Shown here in pieces: positions 40,146-51,500 of a DNA stretch of 64,000 nt. Position 1 is the stretch's first letter; every line of letters starts with the position of its first letter. The translations under genes were made by a program, and so were the position numbers. The notes beneath the pieces were generated by a model. It saw only the letters and a list, made by a program, of their open reading frames with translations. It was not told where the DNA came from and ran no database searches. Origin of the DNA: Hamiltosporidium tvaerminnensis FI-OER-3-3 (taxonomy: Eukaryota > Fungi > Microsporidia); NCBI GenBank assembly GCA_022605425.2, contig JAKIMF020000001.1, positions 310,001 to 374,000 of the forward strand, in the 5' to 3' direction.

Positions 40146-40324
40146 ATATGTACTTATAAATTATAAGAATATTATATCGCTTTGTTTATGCGTTATATCT
40201 TAGATATTAAATAAATTAAAAATTAATTTTTTAAAAAATAAAATAAATTTAACTTTTAGAGATAAATTTTAAATGATAAAATACTTTTTAATTCTTTCTA
40301 AATTCTTGTAATCTATTCCTAAAG

Positions 40325-40522
40325 CATGCTCTTATAATATATTTATCTTTTATTCATATAATCCATTCCTATAATCTATTTATCTTTTATTCCTTTAATC
40401 CATTCATATAATCTATCCCTATACTCCATTCATATAATCCATTTCTATACTCCATTCATATAATCTATTCCTATACTCCATTCCTATACTCCATTCCTAT
40501 AATCTATTCCTATAATCCATTC
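40325..40522. repeat. CCATTCCTATA minisatellite
   Basis: 13-14 bp units directly visible. Confidence 0.8.
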
Positions 40523-40570
40523 GTTTATTTCTCTTTTGAAATTTTAATTTCTCATATTTTTTTTTATTTC

Positions 40571-42004
40571 TTACTTTTCTTCCAATTCTCGTATTTTATA
40601 CTTACGTGCTGCCATGTGAATATCTAATGGTCTTGCTACTCTACTTTGTGGTCCATAAACATCTTCAACAACAAATCTGTAAAGAATAGAAAACCATGAG
40701 AAATGTCTGTTAAATCGAGAATAATATTCATTTGCTATCTGATTAACTTGAGGAAGTTTATCCCAGGGTATAGCCATGAAATCGTGATGTTCATTATGGT
40801 ATCCAATATTAAGAAATACTTTATTTAAAGATCCGTAATACGAGTAAGTTTCCTGCCCGTCACTAAAAGTAAAATGTTCCTGTATCAGATGTGCAGCAGC
40901 TGGATGTATAGAATATCCCAACCAACTAGAACATGCTATAAATCCAATGGCTTTAATCCCCATGAAATGAAAAATGAGTAAAATAAATATTATATGCGTA
41001 CCTAAATTAATAATTTCCTCTTTTGTTATCTTTTTTCGTATAAATGTACTTCTTATAACGTAAAATACTGGATAAATTATAATGTAAAATATTTTCATAA
41101 ATTTGTTTCCTTCCACTAATTTTATTTCTAAGTCTAATGGAAGATCTGGGTCTTTATCTTTTACACCAAGAAATGCGTGATGATCTAAATGGTACTTTTT
41201 AAATGAACCAGATATTGGTATTATAAGCATTATATTTGATATAAATCCAAGTATTCTGTTTTCGAGTTGAGATTTGGCTGCTAGGTTGTGACTACACTCG
41301 TGTATTAAAATACCAGATAAGGCAGAAAACGAACCGCCGTAAATGTATGAAAATAGTAGAAATAAATACCATTTTTTTATATAAAAAGTACAAAAATATG
41401 TGCCACAGAGAAATAGAAATACGGAAATTAAAATTATGTATTTTGTTTTCTTTGAATATCCGTATAGATTTGATATTTGTGGATACTTTTTTAAAATAAT
41501 TCTTTTTCTTTTTATGTGTGGCTCGTCGTACGTATCATAAGCAAATGTTCTGTCTTTGTAGGGTATTGATTTCTTCCAAAAACCTTTAAAATCACCACTT
41601 CTTTCATCATAAATTATTTTTTTGTTGTCTTCTTTCTCTGGTTTAAGAATATTTTTTTTATTTTTTATTTCTTTTTTACCATCTGTTTGTTCATTTATTT
41701 CTTTTTTTTTATTCGTTGATAATTTATTTTTGGAATTATTACTGTTAGTTGGTACTTTATTTATCGATTCTTTACTATCAGTTAGTACTTTTTTCTTTTC
41801 TTTTTTATTATTCATTGATGGTTCATTTATTGATTCTTTACTTTTACTTACTTTGTCGTTTATAGATTCTTTACTCGTAGTATTTAATCTGTCGGTTATA
41901 GATTCTTTACTTTTATTACTTACACTCTCTTTCTTATTACTTTCTTCTTTTTCTTTATTTGTTATATCTTTAAGAGTATTTTTTCTTTCATTTCTATTTC
42001 TCAT
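40571..42004 (-). CDS. DES1: Sphingolipid delta-4 desaturase (DES1/DEGS family) with low-complexity N-terminal extension
   Basis: DEPH..R...IL.KYPQI..LYG N-motif; His boxes HECSH, HLDHH, HNEHH; QETYSYYG.LN. Confidence 0.92.
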   Translation of the reverse strand: MRNRNERKNTLKDITNKEKEESNKKESVSNKSKESITDRLNTTSKESINDKVSKSKESINEPSMNNKKEKKKVLTDSKESINKVPTNSNNSKNKLSTNKKKEINEQTDGKKEIKNKKNILKPEKEDNKKIIYDERSGDFKGFWKKSIPYKDRTFAYDTYDEPHIKRKRIILKKYPQISNLYGYSKKTKYIILISVFLFLCGTYFCTFYIKKWYLFLLFSYIYGGSFSALSGILIHECSHNLAAKSQLENRILGFISNIMLIIPISGSFKKYHLDHHAFLGVKDKDPDLPLDLEIKLVEGNKFMKIFYIIIYPVFYVIRSTFIRKKITKEEIINLGTHIIFILLIFHFMGIKAIGFIACSSWLGYSIHPAAAHLIQEHFTFSDGQETYSYYGSLNKVFLNIGYHNEHHDFMAIPWDKLPQVNQIANEYYSRFNRHFSWFSILYRFVVEDVYGPQSRVARPLDIHMAARKYKIRELEEK

Positions 42005-42407
42005 TTAGATTTCGTAATATTTTTTTTCATTTATATTTTACATATAATTCATACTCCAATGATATTGAAACAATCTCCTTAATTAAATATATCTTTGTAT
42101 TAAATTACTATATTTAGAAATATTAAATCATCAGGATTTCTATATTTGGAAATATAAAATGTTATTGGTTATTGAATAATACTTTGTAAATAAGGAAAGA
42201 GAATTAGAAGAGGAAATAAAAAATATTCTAAAATGTTATTGGTTATAAAATAATACTTTGTAAATAAGGAAAGAGAATCGGAAGAGGAAATAAAAAATAT
42301 TCTAAAATGTTATTGGTTATTTAAACTGAATATAATTAAAGTGAAATTGGAAAAAAAAAGTAAAATATTTAGAAAAATATGTTTAATTATAAGTAAATAT
42401 TAATTCT

Positions 42408-43968
42408 CTAAAAATATTCATCAATAATATCTAAAATCTCTGATATTTTAGATTTCTTTAAAACTAAATTATTTAAAACATTTTTATATTCTTTATTTCT
42501 ATTCATCCCATATCTAAGATTTATTATTGGTTGTATTAAATTATTAGTAATTCTATCGTTACAGTTAAATGATTTAATATATTTAATAAATACTTCTTTA
42601 ATAAAATCTGTATTACTATTAATAGTATCTATACAATTGATAGTATTTTTTGGATCTATATTAGAATCTGTAATACTTGAATAATTTGTAATGTTTGTAT
42701 AATCTGTAAAACTTGTGTAATCTGTGGTGTTCTTTCTCGGGTTGTAATTTTCTTTATTCTCTTTAACATTATATTTCTCTTTGTTGTATTGAGTTATGTA
42801 CTCTTCTATTTGTTTGAAAATGAATACATTTTTAACTGCGGCTCTTCCTATCATTAATCCATCTAAATTATAAATTTTATGAATATCTTGAATTACTTTG
42901 ATATTTCCATTCAGATGTATAAAAATATCAGGAAATTCAGATTTTAATTGATATAAATATTCATATTTAAGTTGTGGTATATTTCTATTATCTTTGGGTG
43001 AAATACCATTCAACCAACATTTTCTAGCGTGTACGTAGAAGATACGACACGGTGTGTGACAAAATATCTGAGATATAAAGTTTTTGAACCAGGAATATGT
43101 ATCATGTTCGTCTACACCTATTCTACACTTGATACTGAGTACAGTGTTGGTGTATTGATGTGTAGTGTTTATTATATTAATTATGGTTTGTACGTTTTTC
43201 ATAAGAATGGCGCCGAAACAGCCTTTTTTAACTTTTGTGCTGGGACAGCCACAATTAAGATTGAAGTTTTTAAAGCCAAGTAATTTGAGCTTTTGTACGG
43301 CAAGTATAATTTTTTGGGGGTCGGAACCTCCCAATTGCACAACTGTGTTTGTGGTTGGAAGACCTATTTTATTTAAAATATAGTCGTTATCGTTATTTAT
43401 TATTGTGTTGTCTACTATCATTTCTGTGAAAAGAATAGCGGTTGGAGAAATTATTGAGAGTAGTTTTCTGAAGTTTGGTGTGGTTACTTTCAACATTGGT
43501 GCTAAACTAAGTATTGGTGGTTTCGATTGTAAATAATTGTTACTGTTTATTGTTTTACTTTCTAATCTAGTCATGTAATAATCATATAGTTGTGATTTAG
43601 ATAGAGGAGATTGTTCTTTGTCATTTTCTGTTTGTATTATTTATTGAAGTTTCTATTGAGGAATCTAAAGAGTAGAAAAGTTTGCTTGAACAAAGATTTT
43701 CACACTTATTTTCCAAAGAGATATTTAAAGAATTATTTACGTCGAAAGTAGGAAAGTTCTCACAATTATTTTCCATTTTAAAATCTTTTTTATTTTCCAA
43801 AGAGATATTTAAAGAATCTGGTAAGTCATATTTAGGAGAGTTTTCACAATTATTTTCCATTTTAAAATCTTTTTTATTTTCCAAAGAGATATTTAAAGAA
43901 TCTGGTAAGTCATATTTAGGAGAGTTTTCACAATTATTTGCCATTTTAAAATCTTTTAAACCCCTCAT
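42408..43968 (-). CDS. dusA: tRNA-dihydrouridine synthase, DusA-type; probably starts at 43968 with a 78-bp x3 repeat extension joined by a +1 frame break near 43632
   Basis: LAPM, FTEM, QLGGSDP, NLNCGCPS, IKCRIGVD, HARKCWLNGISPKDNRNIP, MIGRAA. CCC motif precedes the 43968 ATG but not the 43574 ATG. The Dus frame is open across the upstream ORF's stop. Confidence 0.88.
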
Positions 43969-44689
43969 GGAGGGATTAGAGAAACTAGTTTTATCACTAC
44001 GACTAAAGAATATAAATAATATAAATTCTAGAATGAAAATATTTCAAAAGAAGTAAATATAACAAGTAATATTATAGAAATTAAAACTCAAAATAATATT
44101 TATTTACAATTTTACATCTATTATATGCAGTAATCTAGAATTGTTTGCCATTATTTAAACTCAAAAATTTCTTCCTTTTATTATCTCATTTAATCTTTTT
44201 TAAAAAAAAATTATATTTGAATATCAAAAGTTGTTCTGCAATTAATTGTTTTAAGAGATTTTATATTTGTTATCTTTTTTTAGTTCTCATATTATTTCTT
44301 TAACAAACATATTATTTTTATTTTTTATTCTCTTTGTAAACTAAAAAAATATTTTCGGTCTTTTTTTAACCATAATTGTATATTTTGCTTTAATCCAATT
44401 GATATATAGAATTTCTTAAGGTATAATAGTTTATACCTTTTGAAATACACTATTTAAGTGAATTATTTTAATCGAAGATCCTGTTCTTATGTGTAGGGAA
44501 AGGAATAAGCTAAAAATAGTCAAATACTAAGTAAATAAATATGACATGAGTAATTATTCGGTAAGTGTTGCTTCAAAGAATTTCTTCATCTCAAAAATCA
44601 AATAATATTCTTAAAAAGCATTCTTTTGTCTGTAAAATACTTTGTAATTAATTTTCAAATCCAAAATAAATCTAAAAAGTATTTTTTAG

Positions 44690-44760
44690 CTAGTGTAATT
44701 CCATGTTGGTTTTATTCTTGGTTTCCACTCTTATCTCTACATACTCATTTTCAAAAATAT
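44690..44760 (-). mobile_element. Small remnant of the R4-like element
   Basis: TCCACTCTTATCTCTACATACTCATT (NEYVEIRV). Confidence 0.55.
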
Positions 44761-45324
44761 TTAAGTAAATCATTTTTGAATTCGGTTAGATAAATCAAGC
44801 GTATTTATTTGAACAAAATAAATGTGAATGAAATACTTTTATAGTTATTGATGAATTATTTACTCACATGGGTATTTAGCTATAAATATATTTATAACTG
44901 TGACAACATTGTGTTTTACATATAAAATTACAAATTCTATGTTTTTTATGGTTTGTTTGTAGTTTAATTTAAATTATTAAATAATTTGCAAGAACTACTG
45001 AATTATAAATATCTTATTATTTCTAAATTTAAAAATTTATATTTCAAATATTGTTTTACTTAATTAATTATATATAAGCTATGATGTTCTACTCAATTGT
45101 TTTGTTTCTTAGCAAATTATATTGTTAGGACTACGAGATTTATTTATTTATAATATAACTGTTGTATAAAAATTTGATTTTTGTTCGTTTACTTTATTAA
45201 TTATATATCTTAGTTTAGGAGAATGAATATCTATATTAAAAAAACTATTGAATAATGTGTATGTGGAACTGATATGGAAGCTATTGTTTTCTTTTTTTGA
45301 GGCATGGAAACATCACTAATTTTT

Positions 45325-45900
45325 CGTTGAATCTATGTGAATTTGTATCCAAGGAGAAGGTCAGATGAACAGTAAATTTTTTCTTCGCACAGTAATTTTT
45401 GGTTTTCTAGTGTAACTAGTTTAAAAACTACGATTTCTTGTAGATTATTACCAAGTAAAAGCATGGAAAATTAGCCTTGGTTACTGGGATCAGAAGGCTC
45501 TGTGCCTGGGAATCAAAAATAAAAAACTCTTTAAGCAGGTAACCTAAGTAGCAAGGTAAATATTTGTTGCTATGTCATTAAAACTGCTAGAATTACTTTA
45601 TAGAAGCCGCTCATATATATCTTGGTTGGAAGTTTATTCAATCTGTAAAGTGTAGAGTTAATTCTATGCTTTCTCTATCGAAGGATCTAAGGTGGTATTT
45701 GAGCTGCGATCATACTCGCGGAAATGAATACCACTAACTACGCTACACATCATGTGGTCTTAAGCATACTTCTGATGAAATTGTTTGTCATGTAAGTACC
45801 AATGGAGGTTATGGGAAAAGTTATCTAGTTATACCCAGAACTCTACTAATGTCATAGGAAACAACATAACACATCTAATTTTTTGAAAATTTGTGATTTT
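45325..45900. repeat. Dispersed repeat family B, copy 2
   Basis: Collinear similarity with 28240-28845. Confidence 0.6.
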
Positions 45901-46235
45901 TTTTTAAAAAAATGGAAGTATTAAAGTTATTTAATAGTTTAAATAGTTTCTTAAATGAATTAGAAATCTTTTAAAGGAATTATAATTTGGCAAGTTTTTA
46001 TAAAATGTCATAAAATTTGTTGAGTAATGAGAAAAGAAATAATTTCTTATTAGTAACGACTATTTTTTATCTTCAAATAAATTATGTAATTTCTTTAAAA
46101 GATTTATTTTGTATTAATTATGATAAAAATATAGTCAAAATGTCTGTATTAGAAACAAATATTAGTAAGAAATTGCAAGTACAACTGATTACATACTGGC
46201 TGTATTAAATAAAAAATGAATTTGATATATTTTAT

Positions 46236-47965
46236 TTATTCCTTTAAGCTATCCACTAAATAGTACAATGCCTTATAAGTTTCCTCGAATTTGTCATTTT
46301 TATCAATGTGAATTTCAACATCTCCATCGTCAAAAACAAGTTTAAAATATTTCGTTGATATGAAACTGTCGCTATTATCTGCAAAAATAACGTTTTTTAA
46401 TTTAGATAGATCTAAATTAGCTATTATAGCTCCCACTATAAACATTATAAATAATCATACTATAACCGTACCAATAAATGAATCTTCTTTTCCATAATTG
46501 TGTTGCAATATTTCTTTTATTTCCTCTGATATTGATGTAGCCTTTGAACCAAAATGCATACGTATAGTTTCTTCTCTTAAACCACGAAACCAATTCATTA
46601 AATGAAGTAGGAACATTAAATGGAACATGTATAATTTCTCCCTCTGATAATATTACCATTTGTGTGTCAATATGCGAAACTGTTGGTAGTTCTTTACTAA
46701 ATAATGAACTTAAAGCCTCAAAAATCCCACCTGGACTATATTTTTGCAATTTTATTGTATTTGTTTGAATTTTATTATGATAATTTATCAGTTGTGTAGT
46801 TTTAATTTCCTGTGTGCCAATAGCTATTTTTCTGATGGGTGCAGTCCAGATTTGAATATTTTGTTTTTTCATTATTTCCTTCTTTAATCAGAACAGTCAC
46901 TTTAATATTTACATCTTGTTTTTTAGGTATTTCAATTATAAACATTTGATTAATTAAAATATTTTTGTCAGGTGAAAATTCTCGCGTTAAAAAGATTTTG
47001 TCATTAACATTGATTTTTACCAAAACCAAATCCACATTTTCCCAGCCAATTAAGCATTCGTTTATACTCTGGAGATAAAAAAATAATTTTCCCGGAAATC
47101 TTTTAATGGTTATTTCATTGGTAACATTTTCATGAATCTTTTTTTTGAGCGCATTTTCGGTGTCTAAATGTACTACCTTGTATCCATCATCCAATTCAGT
47201 GCGAGATTTAATATTTCCACGTAAATAAAAAGTATCTTCTACAGATGAGAAATCAAATGTTTTTCGAACTTGTTCAAAATTATTTGTCCCTGGTTCTGGT
47301 TTCGCACCTTTTTCTGAAATATTGACTTGAAAAGATTTTTGCTCGTTCGTACTTTCACATTTATCTGCTAAAGTAGAATCGAGGCTGTCAGAAGAACTTA
47401 TTTTTACTTTCTTATAATTTGAAAAATCCTTTTCTAATTCAATCCTTTCTTCTGAGATTTTTCCAGCTTTTTCACGGTTTTTAGTCCAATTTTTCAACAG
47501 ATTTTCTGTTTTTTTATTTTCACAAACAGAATACGCATACAGCGACATTCCATTTTTCGATATATTTACACCACTTTCCAACACAAATTTAGTCATATCA
47601 TAGTTACCCAATACAGCACAATAATGTAAAACATTGTTTTTACCGGAATCTTCATAGTTCAACACATCCTTATCAGATTTTCTCAATAAAATCATAATTG
47701 CTCTGAACAGTTCATCATTTATGTCTGAACTATTCTCTCTTGAATTTGTACTTTCCACTGAACTTAATTCATAGTTATTTTGTATCATCCTCCCTATCAA
47801 ATATTGTACAGCATTCATTCTTTTTACTTCCCCTAAACAACTTATATACATTGTTCCTTTGTACGGTGTATTTATCAATGCTTTAGCGCCACTATGCTTC
47901 TCTTTTTCAAGTGTCAATATAATTTTTCGGTGATCAAGCTCATCTAAAAATTTATAGAACTCCAT
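46236..47965 (-). CDS. Ankyrin repeat + anillin/Bud4-like C2-PH protein, split by two +1 frame breaks
   Basis: Ankyrin GKNNVLHYCAVLGNYDMTKFVLESG. GKLFFYLQSI starts a C2-like region. PH motif FKGYINIRG..WKRRFIYWYG..IIY. Three overlapping ORFs. Confidence 0.7.
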
Positions 47966-48520
47966 TGTTTGTTTACAAAACTATTGTTTTTATTTTTATT
48001 TAAATGAAACATGTTTTAATCAGAGGAAAACAATAAGATTGTTTCAAAACAAAAATGAAACATTTGATAAGGTTGATTTTAAATTCAAATCCGAATTACG
48101 ATTTGTTGTTTCAATCGTATTTTACATTCCGAACAAAATATTTGGTTCTAAAATATTTATACAAATTATTTTTATCTGATTTTATCTTATTTCAACAAAT
48201 GAACTATTTATATTGATATATCAATTACATATATTGGTCTTTAAATAATGCTTATCTTATCAAAATAAATAATTTTATTGGCTAACATATATTTTTTTCT
48301 AATTTAAAGCACTAAAGAAAATTATAATTTCGTATTTTGCACCAATATATTTACTTTCCATATGAGAAATGTGTAATATTTCTTTTAATTTGATAATTTT
48401 TAGATAATACCATTTAAAAAATATTCGATAGCTAATTCATTTGAATATCATTGTAAAATTAAATTGTTTATTGCTTTATTTCCATATCTGACATAAAATA
48501 TATCAAAGATTATTTAAAAA

Positions 48521-51500
48521 TTTATTTAATTAAATTCTGGGTTAAAATATTTTTTACCATTTTTACATGTTTTCTTCTACCTCTTTGACCACTTTTGTCT
48601 CTTCTTCCAAATCCGACTCTTCATTTATGTTATTGGTCGGTTCCTCTAAAGTGGTTCCTCCTTGTAAAATAAAGGGGGCTTTATATTTTGGTTTAAAATT
48701 TTTGGCACCATCTTCCTCTGTTTTCGCTTCTTTTAAAGGGGGTATTGGTTCCTCATGCATCTCTGATCTCATAATAACACCCATTGACGCTCTCTCCCAG
48801 CTCTCTTCGGCATTTAGTCCTGACTCAAGTCCTCTTCGTCGATCAAAGGAAATAGTTTCGACTGTCTTCTTAAGTACTATAGACTGAATGTATGCCTCTA
48901 CATACATGGGTATTTCTAGTCTTTTAAGATGAGCTTTATGGTATTTTGTCACAATACCGTCCCAGGTCATCACATAGGGGATTATCTCAACACTACACCT
49001 ATAAATAAGACCCAACTCATTGGCTAGCAGGTCATACTTCCTAAGTTTTTCAGTTTCAACTATTTGAAGTGAATCTTGGGAAGTGATTCCTACTTCAATG
49101 AGTGTTATCTTATTCTTCTTCTTATCTAAAATAAATATGTCCGGTCTGTTATTCCGAATTTTAACATCAGTTTTAATTCTGGTGTCCACTCTTATCTCTG
49201 CATACTCATTATCAAGAATTTCTTGAACTGAGTGGCTCCTTATTCGTTTTGAAGACTTAAACTTATATCTATTTAGAAGAAGAAGGTGTAGGCATCTGAC
49301 CACTTCATTATGCCGTCTAGTGTAATCATGGCCTAGCATTTTTTCGCATCTAGTAGCTAGATGATCCACAGTCTTACCAGACTTCCCGCAATGTTGACAC
49401 ACACCATCTGCTCCCCAGAATACATTTCTATCCTGGATATAGCAGAACACAGCTTCATTTCGTGGCCTAATATTTCCTCTCTTTAACCACCTTGAAGAGT
49501 CACTAACACTCACAAGCTCATTTTTTCTTGCATTATATAACTTTGAATGGAGTTTTCGTTTTTCTATTTCGTTATATAGTTTTGCAAGTTGAGCTTCTTC
49601 TAAACTTTTCTTAGTGACTTCTTCTACCAACCTGTACTTTACTTTTAAGAAGCCTTTTATTAGTGCAAGATGGGTTTTATTATTATTCTCCACCTTGAGG
49701 ATTGCTGCTCGTCTAGTTGATATTTCTTTACTTTTTTCCAGACAATCCAAGAGTTGCAGAAGCATATGTTCGCTTCGCAACTCAACACTATGTAGGCCTC
49801 TTCCAAGTTCTGTTCTAGGAAGGTATAAACGCTCTTTACATCCTGGGCGGAGATGTATCTTATTCTTCACCAACACCGCACGCACTGCATCATCTAACTT
49901 AGAGAAGTCAGCCGGTTCAAGTCGAAGTACTCCTATGTGGTAGTTGATTAACGATATCGCATGTTGATTGATTGCAGAAAATAAATTTTTTGCATTTAAT
50001 CTAGTGTGACAAAGTCTTTCAACTCTTGATATAAGTTTGCTCTGTACTTCTTCAAATGAGCTACGTGTTGGGATTCCTCTGCTATCTTCTATTATTCCTA
50101 AATATTTGTAAACACTAACACCTTCTAGAAGAGTAGCAGTATCTTCACAACACGTATCATTTGTGGCTGACTTCTCTTTGTTAATCTCTAAGCCAATCAC
50201 CTCTAAAAATTCCTTTGCCTCGCCTGTCATAGCACTCAATGTGGAGCTGTCTTTTGCAAGGAGCTTAAGATCATCAATAAACAAGAGATGATTAGTAGAA
50301 TGGGATTCTGCATCTGTTTGTACTGTCACTTTTGTGTATTTTTCATTAAGCTTTCGGCTTAATGGATCCATACACAACACAAATAACAAAGGTGACAGAC
50401 TATCTCCTTGTAGAATCCCTCTATCAATCTTCTTGCTCATGATTTTTTCAGGCCCTACTGATATATCAATTTTCCATTTTGATATAATTACCTTAATAAA
50501 TTTCAGGATCCAATCAGGTAAATTAAGGTTTTCAATGCATTGAGTTAAATAAGCATGATCTATTGAATCATAAGCTTTTTTAACATCAATCCATGTTGCC
50601 TTAAGATTATTTCCATACTCTTTATTTAAGGCAATATTCAGTAGAGCCTGCTCTTTCGCTCCCTGCACACCTCTTACCGCCCCTAATTGGTTCTCTGCAA
50701 GCAACCCTCGCCTTTCCACTTCAAGTTGAACGACTTTCGTTACACACTTTGTCGTTAACTTATAGAGGTTGGACATACAAGTGATTGGCCTGTAGTCAGA
50801 GCCTCTTTGTGGACTTCCTTTCGGTATCAAATACGTAAGCCCGCAGTAAAACCAATCAGCTTGAGGTGTTCCTTCTAAACATATAACTTTCACAATATCA
50901 TAAAGATATTTGTGAAGAGTTGTAAGTTTCTTAATAAAAAAATTGTAAATACCATCAATTCCAGCAGCTTTCCAATTAGGAAGCCAATTAATGATATTCA
51001 CAAATTCATCAAGTGAAGGAAACGTGGTCGGATGATTATCTGATACAAATGGAATCAAATAATCATCGTACGTGACTGTGTCATCATTTTTGTTCCACAT
51101 TGTAGACCAAAAACTCACAATTTCATCACGGCTAACCACATGCTCGGATTCCACACGCTCAGATAACCCACGATAAAATCGACCTCGGAAAAGCTCAAAC
51201 ATACGATTCTCTTTTCGGAATTGCTTCCTACTTTCATGCATCGTAATTTTTTTCTCGTAAACATTCAAAGACTCATTCTTCTTAACTAAAGCCTCAGAAA
51301 GATCAGTTACGCTGCTCAAGTTTAAATTAAACTCTCGCATGATTTTCTTAAGGCTCTTCGTTTCCGAAGTGGAGAGCTTTTCCTGCTTACGAGCCTTCTC
51401 GAGAAGATCTTTGGAAAGTACTAACTTAGAAATTTTACTTTCTATGTTTTCCTTCCAAGCGGATCTAGGCTTTTCTTTACGTGTTGCCTCGTCATAGCAT

